NCBI GenBank assembly: GCA_020891255.1 | Contig: BQFW01000003.1 | Location: 1-64,000 of the forward strand | Reading direction: 5' to 3' | Source: Entomortierella parvispora E1425 | Lineage: Eukaryota; Fungi; Mortierellomycota | DNA: 64,000 bases | Position numbers and translations under genes: made by a program | Part shown: in pieces, positions 34,079 through 47,950 of the stretch | Layout of the letters: every line of letters begins with the position of its first letter | Numbering within the stretch: the first letter of the stretch is position 1 | The notes under the pieces: generated by a model | Databases searched by the model: none | The model's input: the letters and a program-made list of their open reading frames with translations, nothing else | Told to the model about the DNA's origin: nothing

Positions 34079-36168
34079 TCAACTCCGGGTGGTGCGCGTT
34101 GCCATTGAGAGGTAAATGAGAGTAGCCACACCCACGAAACTTGAGAAGGCACCAAGAGCAAACGAAGTATGAAAGCACTCGACACCAAAGCACTCGAGGG
34201 TGTGCTCATGCTGAGCTTCGCGATCATACAATGAGCCAAAAACCAGGTTGAAAACCTGACCTCCAATCGCAGGAGCAATGGATATCCAGCCCCTAGATGA
34301 AGTTGGGAGTGAGAGAAGTATGGATTACCAAGAGTCAGTGGGAATCCAAGGATGAGAAGGTCATTACAGAGGTTTCCAAGAATCTTCATTCAGGAATAGA
34401 GTGAATAATATTACCAGTTGGTACCGAAGTTGGATACGCCAAACCACTCGCTCACGATCGTTGGTGCGACACCTGCACATTAAAAAGAGATCTCAAGAAT
34501 ATTAGAGGACACGAATGACAATGACAGCACCGGAGGCAAGTAAGTTTATCATCGTGGTTCAATGACATACCAAACACGCTTCCATATCCAAGCCCGACAA
34601 GGACCGAGACGGACGTCAGATCCTGGATGGACTCAACTCTGGATCCAAAAGTCTGGCCCAACCAAACACAGAGACCAGCGTAGAGCAAGAATCCAACTCT
34701 TTTAACGCCCCACCACTTGCTTCCACCTCGACGACCAACATCAGACATGAGTCCAACGGAGATACGGCCCAGACAAGAGCACAGACTGATCAGAGACACA
34801 TGAAAGTTCTGCAGCTGCTGGAGGCGGATCAGGTCCTCGTCCGAAGGAGGGACTGACGGGTCATCCATATGGTCTCGGTAGATTGAGCGAATAATATTGC
34901 CCGCGTTTGTCACATACATCAAGCTAGGACCGGACAGGAACAACACACTCAGAAGCAACATTTGAGCCACATGTGTGGTTCGAAAGAGTTGGAACCCGGA
35001 AGGCACTTGGTGAGCAATCGCAGTAGTCGTGGTCGGGTTTCGAGCATGGCCAGCTTGGTCAACTTGCAGCAGTCTTTCACGCTCTTGGGTTCTCCGGCGC
35101 CGATCCTCTGCATCCTCACTTAGATCAGTAGAGTCGTCATCCACCGCAGAGTGAGGAACCAAGACTACCTGTCCAATACCGGTCCCAACGCCGATGCTAG
35201 CAGGTGCAGCTTCTGACTGAACAACTGGCTCTACCACTTGAGTGGGGAAGACCGTGAGGAATAAAACTGACACCAGAATCGTCCCGCCAATGGCCTTCGC
35301 CACCAGCAGCAAGAATGCCTGTGTGTCCTCCTTGTAAAAGAGGTTGTTGATCTGGGCAAAGAGAAGGGCCGAGAGGCCAAAGCAGGCGATTGGTACACCC
35401 ATAGCAATCCCGCGAGCAGATTGAAAGTTGTGGGCATTCGTGCTTACGGAAGTCATGTATCCCGCCTGACTCCCCATTCCGACCAGGATCAGAAATAAGA
35501 ATGACGCGAAGAAGCCAAATGAGTAGAACAGGCCAGAGTATGTAAGAGACAGGCCTGCATAGCCTGTCATCAAAAGTCCCGAAGATAAGAGGCCCACGCT
35601 GGATTGCAAAAAGAGGAAGAGGATGGTCAGTCGACGGCATCTTTTTTTTTTATCCCTTGGCAGTAACAGATGAGGATCGGATGCGTAGTTATTTTTTCCG
35701 CTGCAGCTGCTTCTTCAGGGGTGCCTTACGTTCGAGGACCGCGACTATCCACAAGACGACCGAAGAGAGGGCCTAAATGTAAAGAGCGAGAGAGATGCGT
35801 CAGTGCCCTGCCTGCCTCCCTGACCTTACCCTGCAAGGAAATAAAAATCCGCGATTCCAAGGGTTACACCGGAGGTCGTGTCCTTGATCACTTACCAGAA
35901 AGAAAGAGGCCATAGTGGACGCCTGCGGCAACGATCTATGAAGGCAAAAGAAGGGTTTAAACGATATTCGCCAGAAAAGGACCCGTCTCGGGAATCATTG
36001 GGTATGGGGATTGGTTACATTGGATTGGATGGCGGTCAGTTCCAGCTTTGTGGTGAGCTGGTTGGCGTAGGTCGAGTACAGGTACGGTGTTCCTGAGACA
36101 AGGGCAACTGCACAAGCGGCCATGAAGGACAAAGCGCGAGCTGAGGTAGAAACATGTTTGGGGGCCAT
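34079..36168 (-). CDS. MFS transporter, nodulin-like/Mch1 family
   Basis: SGTPYLYSTY, ARGIAMGVPIACFGLSALLF, SCLGRISVGLMSD, GLGYGSVFGVAPTIVSEWFGVSNFGTNWGWISIAPAIGGQVFNLVFGSLYD. Confidence 0.88.
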
Positions 36169-36612
36169 GGTCGAGCTGTGTTGAGAGCAGAGAGGAGAGG
36201 AGAGGAGTGGAGGAGAGGAGTGGAGGAGAGGAGTGGCAGGTAGGGAGACGGGGTAAGGAAATGGAGCTGGGCAGACAAGAGAGTGATGAACGAAAAGGTT
36301 GGTGAGGTCAATTCATCCGGGGAGGATGACGACAGAACAATGCGAGGGGGTCAGACACGAATGGAGTGAATGAATGACGAGGGGATGAAAGGGAAAGGTA
36401 GGCAGAGATGCAATGGATGAAGGAAGGAAAGAAAGGAGCATTGCATGTTTTTTATTGCACATTTCACTCACACATACCGGACTCATTTCTCCGAGACCTC
36501 TGTATTTGCGTAATTGGAGACAGCTGGACTTCACCTCTGTAATCGCAATCTTGTCTTCTCGCCTGTTGCACGCACGCCATTCCTGCGTCGCGTGAGCCAT
36601 ATCAAGATCCCT

Positions 36613-38058
36613 TCAAAGACTCGACTGGACAGCACCGTGGCCTCTCCATCCAAGGTCTGTCTCTTCGATACCGTAAAACCGAGTAGCATTCTTCCACAGG
36701 ATGCGCTCCAATACCAGATCACTCGCAAGTGTCCTGGCCTGCCCTTTGGGTTTCTGCGACTTAGCAGACTCCACCGCCGATGCTTCTCCGTCCCCATCCA
36801 GCAAACTGATCAAGTTGGCCAGCTCGCGACACCAGTCGTAGGGAATGTTGGGCCAATCAGTGCCGTACATAATTCGGTCGCTGTACTTGATTAGCATGGT
36901 CCGGAGCATCTCTACTAACGGCTTGTTGACATCCATGGGCTGCAAAAAGGCAGCAAGAGTCATTGTCGTGTCCAAGTACAAGTTGGGGTACTTGTCCAAC
37001 AAGTCAAAAAACTCTTGGTGCTGATTCATTCCTAAATGAACAAATTTGGAAGATTGGAGTCAAGTCAACTCCTGCTCAGGGATAAGAAGTCAATCAATGG
37101 AAAGTCATATATCCTAGAGCCGCTCTTACCAAGGTGTGGCACGCACAACTGAAGGTTGGGGAATCGTTGGAGAACATCCTCCACAATACTGACGTCGCAG
37201 ATTTTGCCAGCGTCGGCCTTATACGCAGAGCTATTGGGTTCCTTGCCAGCGTGAATAAGACATGGTTTGTTGAAGCGGACACACGTCTCGTATACTTCGT
37301 CCATACTAGGATGGTTGGCCGCAATGGCTTGGACGTGGGAGTGCATCTTGATTCCTGAAAGACCCAGGGTCGTGAACGCCTCTGCCAGGATATCGGAGGC
37401 TCCAGGTTCGCCCGGCATGACTGTGGCAAGGCCAGATGCAACGCGCCGGCGGTTCTGACTAGATCCAACGCTCGCCTGTGAGTAACGTGTGTTCATATCG
37501 TTGACGATGTTGGCCAAAAACTTGTTGAGATCCCGAGCAATGCCGTTTTTGTGGGCGTACCTGTCGAGCGGAGACAACGATTAGTATAAACTCATCGAAG
37601 ATCAATCACCGACAAGCTGTCAATGGGCGAAGCAAAAGTTCAACCAGGCGACATTTTTTTACACAAGGAGCACGACGTGATTGACCCCCTGCTGAATTAG
37701 AAAATCTGCCCGAGTAGCAATATAGGTCTTCTTGTAGCGCACTGGCCAGTAAAAGTTGTCAAAGAACATCCAAACTGCATCCATCAGACGCTGAGGAAAC
37801 ACTGAAAGAGAGAAGTTCGTGTCAATTGGTTTTGTTCCAACAAAGACGTGCAGTAAAGCAAGTTGCGAGGATAGTACCGTGAACATGAGCATCAATGATG
37901 GGGCAAGGCGCGTCCTTGGCAACGGAATACTCGTTTGCTTCAGTGTGGGCATCAGGAGAGGCCGATTGGACCAAGAATCGGGAAGTGAGCAGGGCTGGGG
38001 GCAGCTCTGGTGGGCTATCCTTGAAGGTAAATTTTTCGGGCTGAGAACCTTGACACAT
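36613..38058 (-). CDS. Amidohydrolase_2-type TIM-barrel metallohydrolase
   Basis: IIDAHVH, GIKMH, LIHAG, VPHLG, YLDTT, YGTDWPNIPY and ILWKNA motifs across intron-separated exons. Confidence 0.88.
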
Positions 38059-38338
38059 GGCGATGGAATGGATGAGGTATGTAGAGGAGAGAAAGATGGA
38101 TGTGAATGAAATGTCGAGAAAGTGACCAAAGAAAACAAGCGGTCGGCACGGATGAGAGAGCACTTGGCGAAGTGTTTGAACTTTGAAATGAACCGACATC
38201 GATTTACAAGTCCGGGCCATGCATGCATTCAATTCATTTCATACAAAAAGAGTTAAGTTCCTGCTCATGTGCAACATCATCACTGCTCGCGTTTATTTGA
38301 AGTTGTGGCGTGGGGCCTGGCAGAGTAAAAGGGGGGTA

Positions 38339-39450
38339 TCAGTAGAGTAGGATGCCGACCAAGATCAGAGTGCCTAACATGAAAAACATTCTCGAAACGT
38401 AGGCCTGCATCGGTGTCTGGACTGTAGCACCACAAAGACAACAGGGTTAGTTTGCGCTTCTGGCTTACCATGAGCAACACAAGATGAGACGGGTATGAAT
38501 ACCTGCTCCGTTCGCGCCCAAAGTACCGCTGTATGTGGCGGCATAGTGGACCCCGAAAGGCGAAAACATGAACGGGGGGATCATTGTACCTGAGAACGAG
38601 ACTTGGCCGGCTGCCAGCATCCCACCACTCCTCATGGGCTCTGGCCTCTGGCCTGCTGGCCTTTTTGGGGTGGTGGATCTGAACGCGTTGAAGGGGATCA
38701 CAATCAGTTCAAAAAAATGGCCGCAGGGGAGTGTTCTTCCAATCTATTCACTTACCTTGGATCCAATTGTTCCTTCCCTCGGCCATAGATGGGAATGACC
38801 TTGTCCTGAGCACATCCGGCTTTGCAGACCGGGCAAGTGGGATTTTGTCGCTGGGAGTCAAGCCATTGGTGCAGACAGGACCAGCTACAGTGACATTAAA
38901 GACCAAGCGTGGATCGATTAGGGCATTTTGCACAGCAAGGATTGCGTTTGGGAGGAGACGACAATGATTATCCCGTTGTCACCTACCAGAACAAGTGTCC
39001 GCAAAGAGTCAGAACCGGAGACATGGAGGTGTCAAAGCAAATGTTGCATGAGAACTCAGCATTGGGCTCCTGATCCTGTACAGACTCGCTCTTCTGGGGG
39101 GTCACATCGTTCTTTGACAATGGTTCTGGGGCTGTGCATGTCGTCGCTGCTGGGGTGGCTCCAGAAGACAAGAACGATGCACTCTCCTCTGACTGTCTAT
39201 CTGAGGTTGCCGAGGGGGTAGAAGAGGGGCCATTTGCGGCACACAAGGCTGATGTTTCTGAGAGGGCCGAGTGCGAGTGCGAGTGCGGTCTGAAAGAGGT
39301 TGAAGAGCCAGTTGGAACACCACTGGCAGCGTGGCCTGCATCATTGAGCAGTGATGACGAAGTTGATGAGGAAGTCGAGGATATGGTCATTGAAGATATG
39401 ATGCGGTTCCGCATCCTGGCAGGAGGAGCGGGTTCCGGTGGGGACTCCAT
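38339..39450 (-). CDS. RNF5: RNF5/RNF185/RMA1-like ER membrane RING E3 ubiquitin ligase
   Basis: [18 protein letters not shown]|[35 protein letters not shown], and a C-terminal TM segment ([17 protein letters not shown]). Confidence 0.88.
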
Positions 39451-40632
39451 GGACGTTATGGGAAAGAGAGATTGAGTGATGAAAAGTGAGAAGTAGAGAA
39501 AGAGAGAGAGAGAATGAGTCAGGACTGAGCAGAACTGCATGAACATGCACATGGACATGCCAGAAAAAAAAAAAAGAAAAAGTGGTGTGCCAAAAAGAGG
39601 CCGTGTGAAGTTGCTGATCGAAAGCACACCGCCAGTGTGCATTCTACTTTGGTCATTTCTGCACACAGATCGGGTGAACCCCGACAGATTTCTTCGATCC
39701 CATGAACGAGCAAAGCTGAAACTCGTCAAAGAGCAGTCCTTGAGTGAATGACCTTCAGCCGCGGAGCGGGAAGACAGAGATCCTTACTTACATTACGCTA
39801 GGAAATAATACCAAGGGCTATTTCTCTCAAAGAAAACAATATCCTTACATGGACCCGAGCAAGAATCTGGGCAAAAGACCCGGGGACCAGCGCCGTCTTT
39901 GCGGACTCTTATTATGGGAGTTGGCATCAGACGCCGGTCCAGACACTCATTTTATCTCAAAAGAAACAACACTCAACCCATACACACACAGAGCAAAAAT
40001 TCAGCAGGGGAGGGAAGCGAGCGAGCCGTCTCTGCTCGGAGAAAGACAATAAAAAGTGCGGGAACCTTGTGTGTGACCACAAAATACTCCGTTGCTGTCA
40101 TCGTCCTCGTCATCGTGGTGGCTGTCGTCGTCTTGCTGGCTGTGTTGTATCCACGCAAACCCTGTCAAATATTGTTGCCTGTCTGCCCATCATCGACTCG
40201 AAGAGTGCCTTCTTTCGCCGGGAAGGATACAACTTGCAGACAACAGGATTGGATAACCATGGCCCAGCGCGCAAGTAACATTCGATTCTTTGTGCCATTG
40301 TGGTTCCTCTTCCAGCAATTGAAACGGACCATTGCGCGACCATTGATATACCATTGATATACCAATGGTACCATTGCAAAAAAAGCACAGAATAGTTGGC
40401 TTTGCTTTTCCCGCCCAACTCTGTCTGCAGTGCTACAATGTCATTCCTCCCCCTGCCTTCTTTGCCTTGCTTGCACCTACACACAGACAAAACACGCACC
40501 ACACTGTGAACACAACACTCGGCTTTGTCCCGGAGTGTTTGAAATGTGTGTGTTCAAAGAAAAGAAAAAAAATCACAACCATGGCCCATGGTCCGACTAC
40601 AAGCAAGCCAGCAAACAGGCCAAACAGCATAC

Positions 40633-40662
40633 CATGCCATGCCATGCCATGCCATGCCCATG
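40633..40662. repeat. (CATGC)n microsatellite upstream of E2F
   Basis: About six tandem CATGC units. Confidence 0.8.
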
Positions 40663-40908
40663 CACAAACAAAAGAGTGATCTCAAATTCAAAATTTTTCC
40701 CTCCGTCCTTCCCTCCATGGGACTGTGTCCCAATGATTGCATTGGGTATTGGGTGTAGCTGTCCCCTCCTCCTCCTCCTTCACTTACTTCACCTTCCTCC
40801 ACTTTCCTTCCTTGATCATCCGCGGCCACCATCCTCGTCTTCGTCCCCATCCCCCCCACCATTGCTTCCGCAACCACAGTATCACCTCTCGACATGGTCC
40901 CTCTCGGG

Positions 40909-40915
40909 TATAAAA
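40909..40915 (+). promoter_or_regulatory. Candidate TATA box for the E2F gene
   Basis: TATAAAA followed by a long CT-rich leader to ATG 41586. Confidence 0.4.
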
Positions 40916-41585
40916 AGCGTTGCGAGCCTCGCAACTCTCTTTTCCCTCTCTTTCCTCTCTCTTCTTCCTTCCTTCTCCCCAACCCTTCACACTCCAACCA
41001 CTCCTCTACTTCCAAGTCCACCTTCCACCACCGCCTCCAACACTCAACCCATAGCTCCCCTCCACCGCCAGCGACCCAACCCGAAGTATCCAACAACTGC
41101 CAGTTGGTCAAGAAAACTAAAGCCTCCAAGCCAAGCTCCAACCAAGTTCCAAGTCAAACCGTCTCGTCTTCCTCCTCAAGTTCCTGCTGTCCTTGACTCG
41201 CTCGACCCAACAAGACTCCAAGACCTTCCTCAAGACCCACTCTCGCTCGCTCGCTTGCTCGAGAACAAGGCCCACGCCCGCTCTTACTTCGACAAAAGCT
41301 GCACCCACCCGTTTGCATCATCTGCCTGTCCTTGAACTGCTCGCCACCGTTGCACTCGTTCCTTCTACGCTCGCCGACAAGATCGACTCGCTCTCGCTCT
41401 CTCTAAAGACCATCCGTCCTTCCCCTTTCTCGCCTCTGAACCTCCGGAGCTTAAACCAGCGCTCTCGCCCTCCGCACCCTTGCCGCGAAACCACAAAGCG
41501 ATCCAGCTGAACCTCGCCTCGATCCATCTCGAGAAGAACTTGAACACACACCTCATCCGCCGTTAGAATCCACCAAACAAGAACC

Positions 41586-44500
41586 ATGTCTCCCTCCACA
41601 CACGTCATGGCCAGCGCTATGCCCAGTCTCCCTACGTTCTCGGACCATGCCTGGGTCGAAAGAGAGGTAAGGGACGAATGTCCACCTTTTTTTTTTGTCT
41701 TGTTACTTTTGTACTCTTCTTTTTTTTCCCTTGTCTCGGGTTGAGGAAGGAGGCAGGCAAAAGGACCCTTGGAGGGGGGGGGGAGACAGCCTTCCCAACA
41801 CTGGAATAGTGCATCACGGACAAGGACGCCTGCATTGGACACATTGGACAGCGAATGGAGAGCGACAGGAATGGGCGCTGGCAATTCAGGACCAGATCAG
41901 TGCACGCGGCAACAGTGAAAGGGCTCCTCTTTCATTCGTGTTGCGACTTGACCTTTCGCCATTGACACTCCCGCGCTCTCCCTGATGGACCATGCCAACA
42001 ATGGACAGTGGGCTGGATGTGCTGCCATCCCGCCAGCGGCCAGTTTTTTTTTCTTCTTTTTTTTTTTCCCTCCTTCTTTTTCCCCAGTCGGTTGTATTCA
42101 TCAGAGGCGGGGTTCTTTTTACTTCTGTTGTTGTTTGCTGTTGTATTGTTGTCATTGTTGTTGTGCTGGTGGGTTGTTGTTGCCCCCTCCCTCCACTTTG
42201 TCCTTGCTCCACCATCCACGAGGGCTGCGGGTCAGAAAGAATGCTCACCATGGACGAGACGGAACTGTGACATGCACGCGGCGGCATTCCTCTGTTCATT
42301 CGTGACACCCCATTTCTGTTCCTTTCTTTTTTTTGCGTTTCGGACCCTATTGTTGCCCTCCTCGCTTTCTCTTCCTCTCTCTCTCCCTCTCTCCCTCTCC
42401 GGCTCTTTTTTTTCATTATCGACACTCGGTCTGCTGTCCGCTGTCTGAATGGCCTGGGAAGTGAAACGGAAGAGGGTGTGCGCGCGCTTCAGTCAACAGT
42501 GGTCAGTGGAACATGCAGCACACAGGGGGCGCGAGGTTGCAAGTGAGGGGTGCAGAAAGGACGCACGCCTGCAAGCATACAGGACAGGACCAGGATCGCC
42601 AATCTCTCTTTCACCCACCCTTGTCATCACGGAATGGGCTATCAACAATCAGGAGGGTATTTACGCAGCATCGGGCAGCGGGAAAGTCTGTTCAGTGTGT
42701 GAACAGCAATTTGACCAAAAAAAAAAAAAAAAAAAAGGGTTGCCGCTGCTCTTTTTTTCATTCCAATTGAAAAGAGACAAAGACAAGAGGGAAGGGAGCA
42801 CACAAAGGAGGGAGAAAGGGAGGGAAGGAGACAGTGAGCTGCTGCGTTTAGATTTTCCCGCCACTCTGCACCTGCAGGTCCGTCCAATGTTTATTTGCCG
42901 CGCGGGGCAGAGGGCAGCCAAAGCGAGAGTGCAAGGTGGACAAGGGGAGGGAACACAACAAATTCAATTGAATACAAGAGGGATGACAGATGTCCTGGGC
43001 TGACCACCCATGACCGTCAACACACCAACCACTCGATCGTTGAATTTCCCTCCCCGTTTGCGGTCATTGCACAGGGACCCTTTCTCTTTTCCTTTTTCTT
43101 TTTCTTTGAATCCGTCTATTTTAATTTTCCTGGTCGCCTTTTTTTCCTAGCGCAAATTCAATACTCGGCACTGACGCTCTTTTCCCTTTGGTCTAGAATC
43201 GTATCAACAACACCCAGGAGTCGCATGCCCCTCCCACCCAGCTGGCCAAGCCAGGAAAGAGAGGACGCAAGAGTGGTGTTGCGCCTGCCTCTGGCCCAAA
43301 GACCAAACCAGCTACCGCTGCCAAAGGTAGCGTTTTGTTCATGAATACGAAAGCATCAGGAGAAAGGCAATGGGATTCGACAACTGGAGTCAGCAGTGGA
43401 AAAAACATTACTTTGACTTTGGATGACCAGACAGGATTCGCAGCTGGACAATTGGACAATATGGACAATGGTGGAAACAAAAACTTGTGTGTTGTGGCAA
43501 TTCAGCGCAGGGTGGACTGTACTGGCGCTATGACCAACCTCGCAGCACATGTGAAGGCCACCTTGCTCAAATGTGCTCATTCTTTTTTTTTCCTTTTTTT
43601 TTGGACGTTAGATTCTAGCCGGGCTGAACGATCACTCGGACAATTGACGAAGCAGTTCATTCGCCTGTTGAAAGAGGAAAAGGGCACATTGGATCTCAAC
43701 AACACTGCCGATAAGCTCAATGTGCAGAAGAGACGCATCTACGATATTACCCATGTCCTCGAGGGTATTGACCTGATCGAGAAGTTCAAAAAGAACAATG
43801 TCCGCTGGAAGTAAGTAGAATCCCGATGGTGAAACTGGCGCACAAGGAGATCTACCTTCTTCTGAATCAAACTAACCGTGAATTGTTATCTTGCTTCAGG
43901 GGTATCACCAACAACTCAGATATCAACAGACCCGCTGCTGCAAACAAAGCCGAGATCAACCGTCAGCGCAAGGAAGAGTTGATGCAGGAGAGAGCTCGAC
44001 TGATGGCTGAAAAGGCTCGCCTCTCGTCTCTGCGATCTGACATGGATACTAACATGAAGGAGGTCCTCACGAACGACGAAACTGCTCGGTAAGCATCCCG
44101 GAGCAAAACAATGACCCCATGAACTCGAAACAACCCGTGATCGTAGCTAATCAAAGGCAATGTTTATAGATATGCTTACATCACCATGAACGACATCAAG
44201 AAGATCGACTCTCTGCAGGACTCTCTCATTCTCGCCGTGAAGACCCCTCATGAGACTTATATGCAGCTTGAGGATCCAGAGGATGTAAGTTTTGAAGACC
44301 ACTGTTACACAAATCGCCGAATGGCGCTCGCCTTTGGACTCGAAACTTACGGCTCTCTTTTTTTTGTCACCAATTAGTCGTCCAAGCCATTTGTAATGAA
44401 GTTGGAGCACAAGACCCGAGCTGGTGAGGTGCATCTCAGCTCCTTTGCTGTGCCACCCCGCTGCCCAGGCTCGCCCTTCTTGTCTTCAGACTCCTCCTCC

Positions 44501-44776
44501 GAGGGCTCGAGTGACTACTCCTCCATGGACGACTACTCTTCCCAGGACGACTCCACAGATGACTCTGATTTGTCGTCTTCTTCAGATGAGGACATGGACC
44601 AGGATTCGACCGACGACGATCTTTCTTCATCCGAGGATGAGGATGAGGCACCACTTCAAAGGATGATGGTTGGCCAGCGTACCATAATTTCCAGCTTACC
44701 CCCTCAGGACGTGGCCAGCATTTGCCAAGCGGCTTATGAGGAAGGACAAGACGAGGATGAATGCATGAGCGAGTGA
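41586..44776 (+). CDS. E2F: E2F-family transcription factor (winged-helix DBD + CC-MB domain + acidic tail); first exon tentative
   Basis: [49 protein letters not shown]; [15 protein letters not shown]. Phase-0 join of exon 41586-41666 to ~43198. Confidence 0.88.
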
Positions 44777-45455
44777 AGAAGTCTTTATGATTTTTCGATC
44801 CGCACAACATTCTTTCCTTTGTTTTCTGTCCTTTTCTCTGTAACTGTTTGATATTTGCCTTTTCTTCCTCACCCAATCGCCCAATTGGCCAACAGTGCGA
44901 ATCACACGCAATGGCCCTTCCGGCAAACCATGGGAAACCCCATCGGCCGGGAGTACAGACTCTCCTTCACCAAAAAAAGTCCGCATAGTCCTCATACCCT
45001 TAGTTACCCCCTTCTGTCCTTTATTTTGCATGTATCATAGTCCTTTTTTTCTACTTTACCATCCCGTCATTATCAATACGTCAATATACCAAACTTTCAA
45101 ATGAAATCAAAGTATGAATGTAGGAGAATTGGCCCCCTGTTTGTTCTCACGGTTGAGGTCGTTGCGTTTTTAACGTCTTGGTGGATCAAAAGGCGACATC
45201 CCGAAAAGGCAGGAGGGCATTGATAGGAACTTACAAATCAGGCAGACAATTCTTTTTTTTTTCTTCTTTCTCTGATCTCCCCGGAATTTTATTCTTCCAA
45301 AAGTTGGCCAATTGCTCTGACACATGCTTCTTAGCTCTTGAGAGTGGCATCACTGGGAGGTCAAGAAAGGAGAAGAAAAAGAAAGGGTGAGCAACGGGTA
45401 TTTTCTCTGCTCGTCTTGGTTGGCGGAATAAGTGAGAGTAGGAAAAAAAAACAAC

Positions 45456-47950
45456 TTACGATTCATCATCACTCCGGTCATCCTCTGCGCTTTCTCCCTT
45501 TAGGATTTTGACAACAATCCTCAGGATCATGGCGAACCAGTAAATCATCAAGATCTGTAGCAGAGCCAGTCCAAAAATGGGTAACCAGGCCAGCTCTCGG
45601 CAATACCACTTGCCCTGTTTGATATCCAGTTCGAATGGAATCATCTCGTACGCCGTGAACATGAATGCATGCAGAATATATCCGTAGAGGTAGTGCCGCG
45701 TGTAAAGCCAGGACACCATAAAGCATGCGAACGATGTATCACAGATTCGGTTGGCAACACCGAGATATTTCATAGCTTTTGAAAACTGTAAAAAGATGGG
45801 GAGGTTGGAACCAAAGTCAGTGTGCCATGCCATGACTCCAGAACTCAAAGTAACAGCAAGAGCAACATAAAAAAAGGGATTGGGCAAGACACACTTACAG
45901 CAAGGATAATGTCCGAGAGATCCATGACGACAAAGACCGCGTTGCCTGCACGCCAGAAGTTGGACAGGGCACTGCCTCCGATCAGGAGCAGAGTCACAGT
46001 ATGGTGGGCCATCAACGCCCAAAAGTCCTTTCGTGGGACCTCGACCTGAAGCACAAAGACCTGTTGGAGCCAAAAGGCCAATTGCACATAGTAGTACCAG
46101 AGCATGCTGTGGGGCAGTCGCGTGTGCGGGTAGCCCTCAAAGAAAGCCTCGGGCTTGAACCAAAAAGTCCAGTTGTTCCACACAGGCGACTGACGTAAAA
46201 CAGACTGTGATCCATGATAGAAGCGGTAACAGAGGAGAGAGGACAGGTCAGATCAGGGCTCGAATGACAAGCGTAAAAAAAAAAGATTGGTTCCCGCGGA
46301 AGAAAAAAAGATGCCGATGACGAACTGCGGCTAATGAACGAATGACCAGATGCTGCCCGCACGTCTGCTCATTCCCAACGCTTCATTACGCCCAGCCCCT
46401 TTTCAACCGGTTGTTTGTTGGCACAAGGTTGGTTTTAGCGTTCGGGGCACAAAAGGACGAGTGGCTGTCAGTGCGCCCATTCCCGGGAAAACATTGTCCT
46501 CCTCCAAGTCCTGGGCGAAGGTGTCGGTTGCACAAAGTATCGGTCCGTGTCTGCATGTGCGGCTGCCTCCTTTTTTCCGCCTCCTCTTGCCTGTTTGCCT
46601 CATCTTCTCTCCTGGGTCCTGCGTGGGGGAACAATGGCTTTTTTTTTTTTTTTTTTTTTTTTTTTTGGTGTTAACGGTATTGTCATCACCAGTCCATGTC
46701 CTGACGTCGTCATTCTCTAGAGCCATTCTCCATGCCATCGTTCCCCACCATTGAACTGTTCACCCTTCCCCTTCTGCTCCCTTGGCCTTTCGGGTCTCTT
46801 TCGGGGGACGGAAGATTCATGTTCCTGCACCCAAGAGTTCCTGCTGCCGTCATTTTGCGGTTGCCTGCTCAGCAATTCCATGATAGCCTGTGTCTTTCTC
46901 CTTGTCAATCGTGTCGTCTTTAGTTCTCTTGTTTGCTCTTACCATGCCCAGGCACCAACTGATGGTATAATACATGCAGACCCATCCCTCCTCCTGGAAC
47001 CGATTACGATTATGTTCCTTCTTAACCCCGGCATAGACCGCAATGGGGTTCAAGACAAAGGTCCTCATGAACGCTCTCAGGAACGTGAAGACGACGACCC
47101 AGAATCCGATAAAGTACAGATCAGTCCAAGCCTTGGAGTACAGTCCCGTCTCCGGATCCTTGTTCTGCAACACCAGGAACCGTTCTGCAACTGGGAGGTC
47201 CAACACAAAGTGACTAAAGAATACAGTCGTCATGATCATGGCCGGCACATCTAACACCCAGAAACAAAAGAAATAAAAAAAAATGGATAAAATGGTTAGT
47301 TCCGTTTTGTTTCCGCTGTGAACCCCCGTCCATGCATGCAGCAGTCTGCAGGCCCCCCCGCCTCTGATGTAGTCAATCTCTTCAACAACCACAGCAGGCA
47401 GCCACATGAAGAAAAAGAGCCTTTAGGAGGCCTGAGACCAAAACCAGAAAGGAAGGAATGAGAGATAGGATAACCGGGGGAAAAAAATTCACCACGACCG
47501 CGATCTGTCCAAAAGGAAAAAACTACAGTCCGAAACCCCCGGCGGAGAAATGGAAAAAAAAAAAGATAATAATACTGGAACGTGGAACCAAAAGACTTTA
47601 CCAAGTTGATGCCGGTACATGAACGACAAGGCGCCCTTGCCGTTACCCGCCGTTAGCTGTTGTTGCTTCCGTTTGGCCTTGTCATGGATCGCTCTCCGTT
47701 TTCCAGTCTTGGGCAATAATGGGTTGTGTTCTGACGATAGGTTGGCCTTCGGACTGTCAGGGGTCAAGGGCGGGGACAAAGGGGCGGTCACCGTGGCCGA
47801 GGTCGTCGTCGCAGAGTCCGTATTGATGGAGGTGGAACTGTTGGCGGCGAGGTTTCGTCGCCTTGATGTGCTCTCGCTATGAACGAGTGTGATGTTTGAA
47901 ATAGTGGAAGGCACCGACAGGAGCGGTTGGCTCGGGTCTGAGAGAACCAT
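45456..47950 (-). CDS. LAG1: Ceramide synthase (Lag1/Lac1, TLC domain)
   Basis: DLYFIGFWVVVFTFLRA, RFQEEGW, YYYVQLAFW, RKDFWALMAHHTVT..MDLSDIILA (Lag1p motif), EDDRSDDE terminus. Confidence 0.93.
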
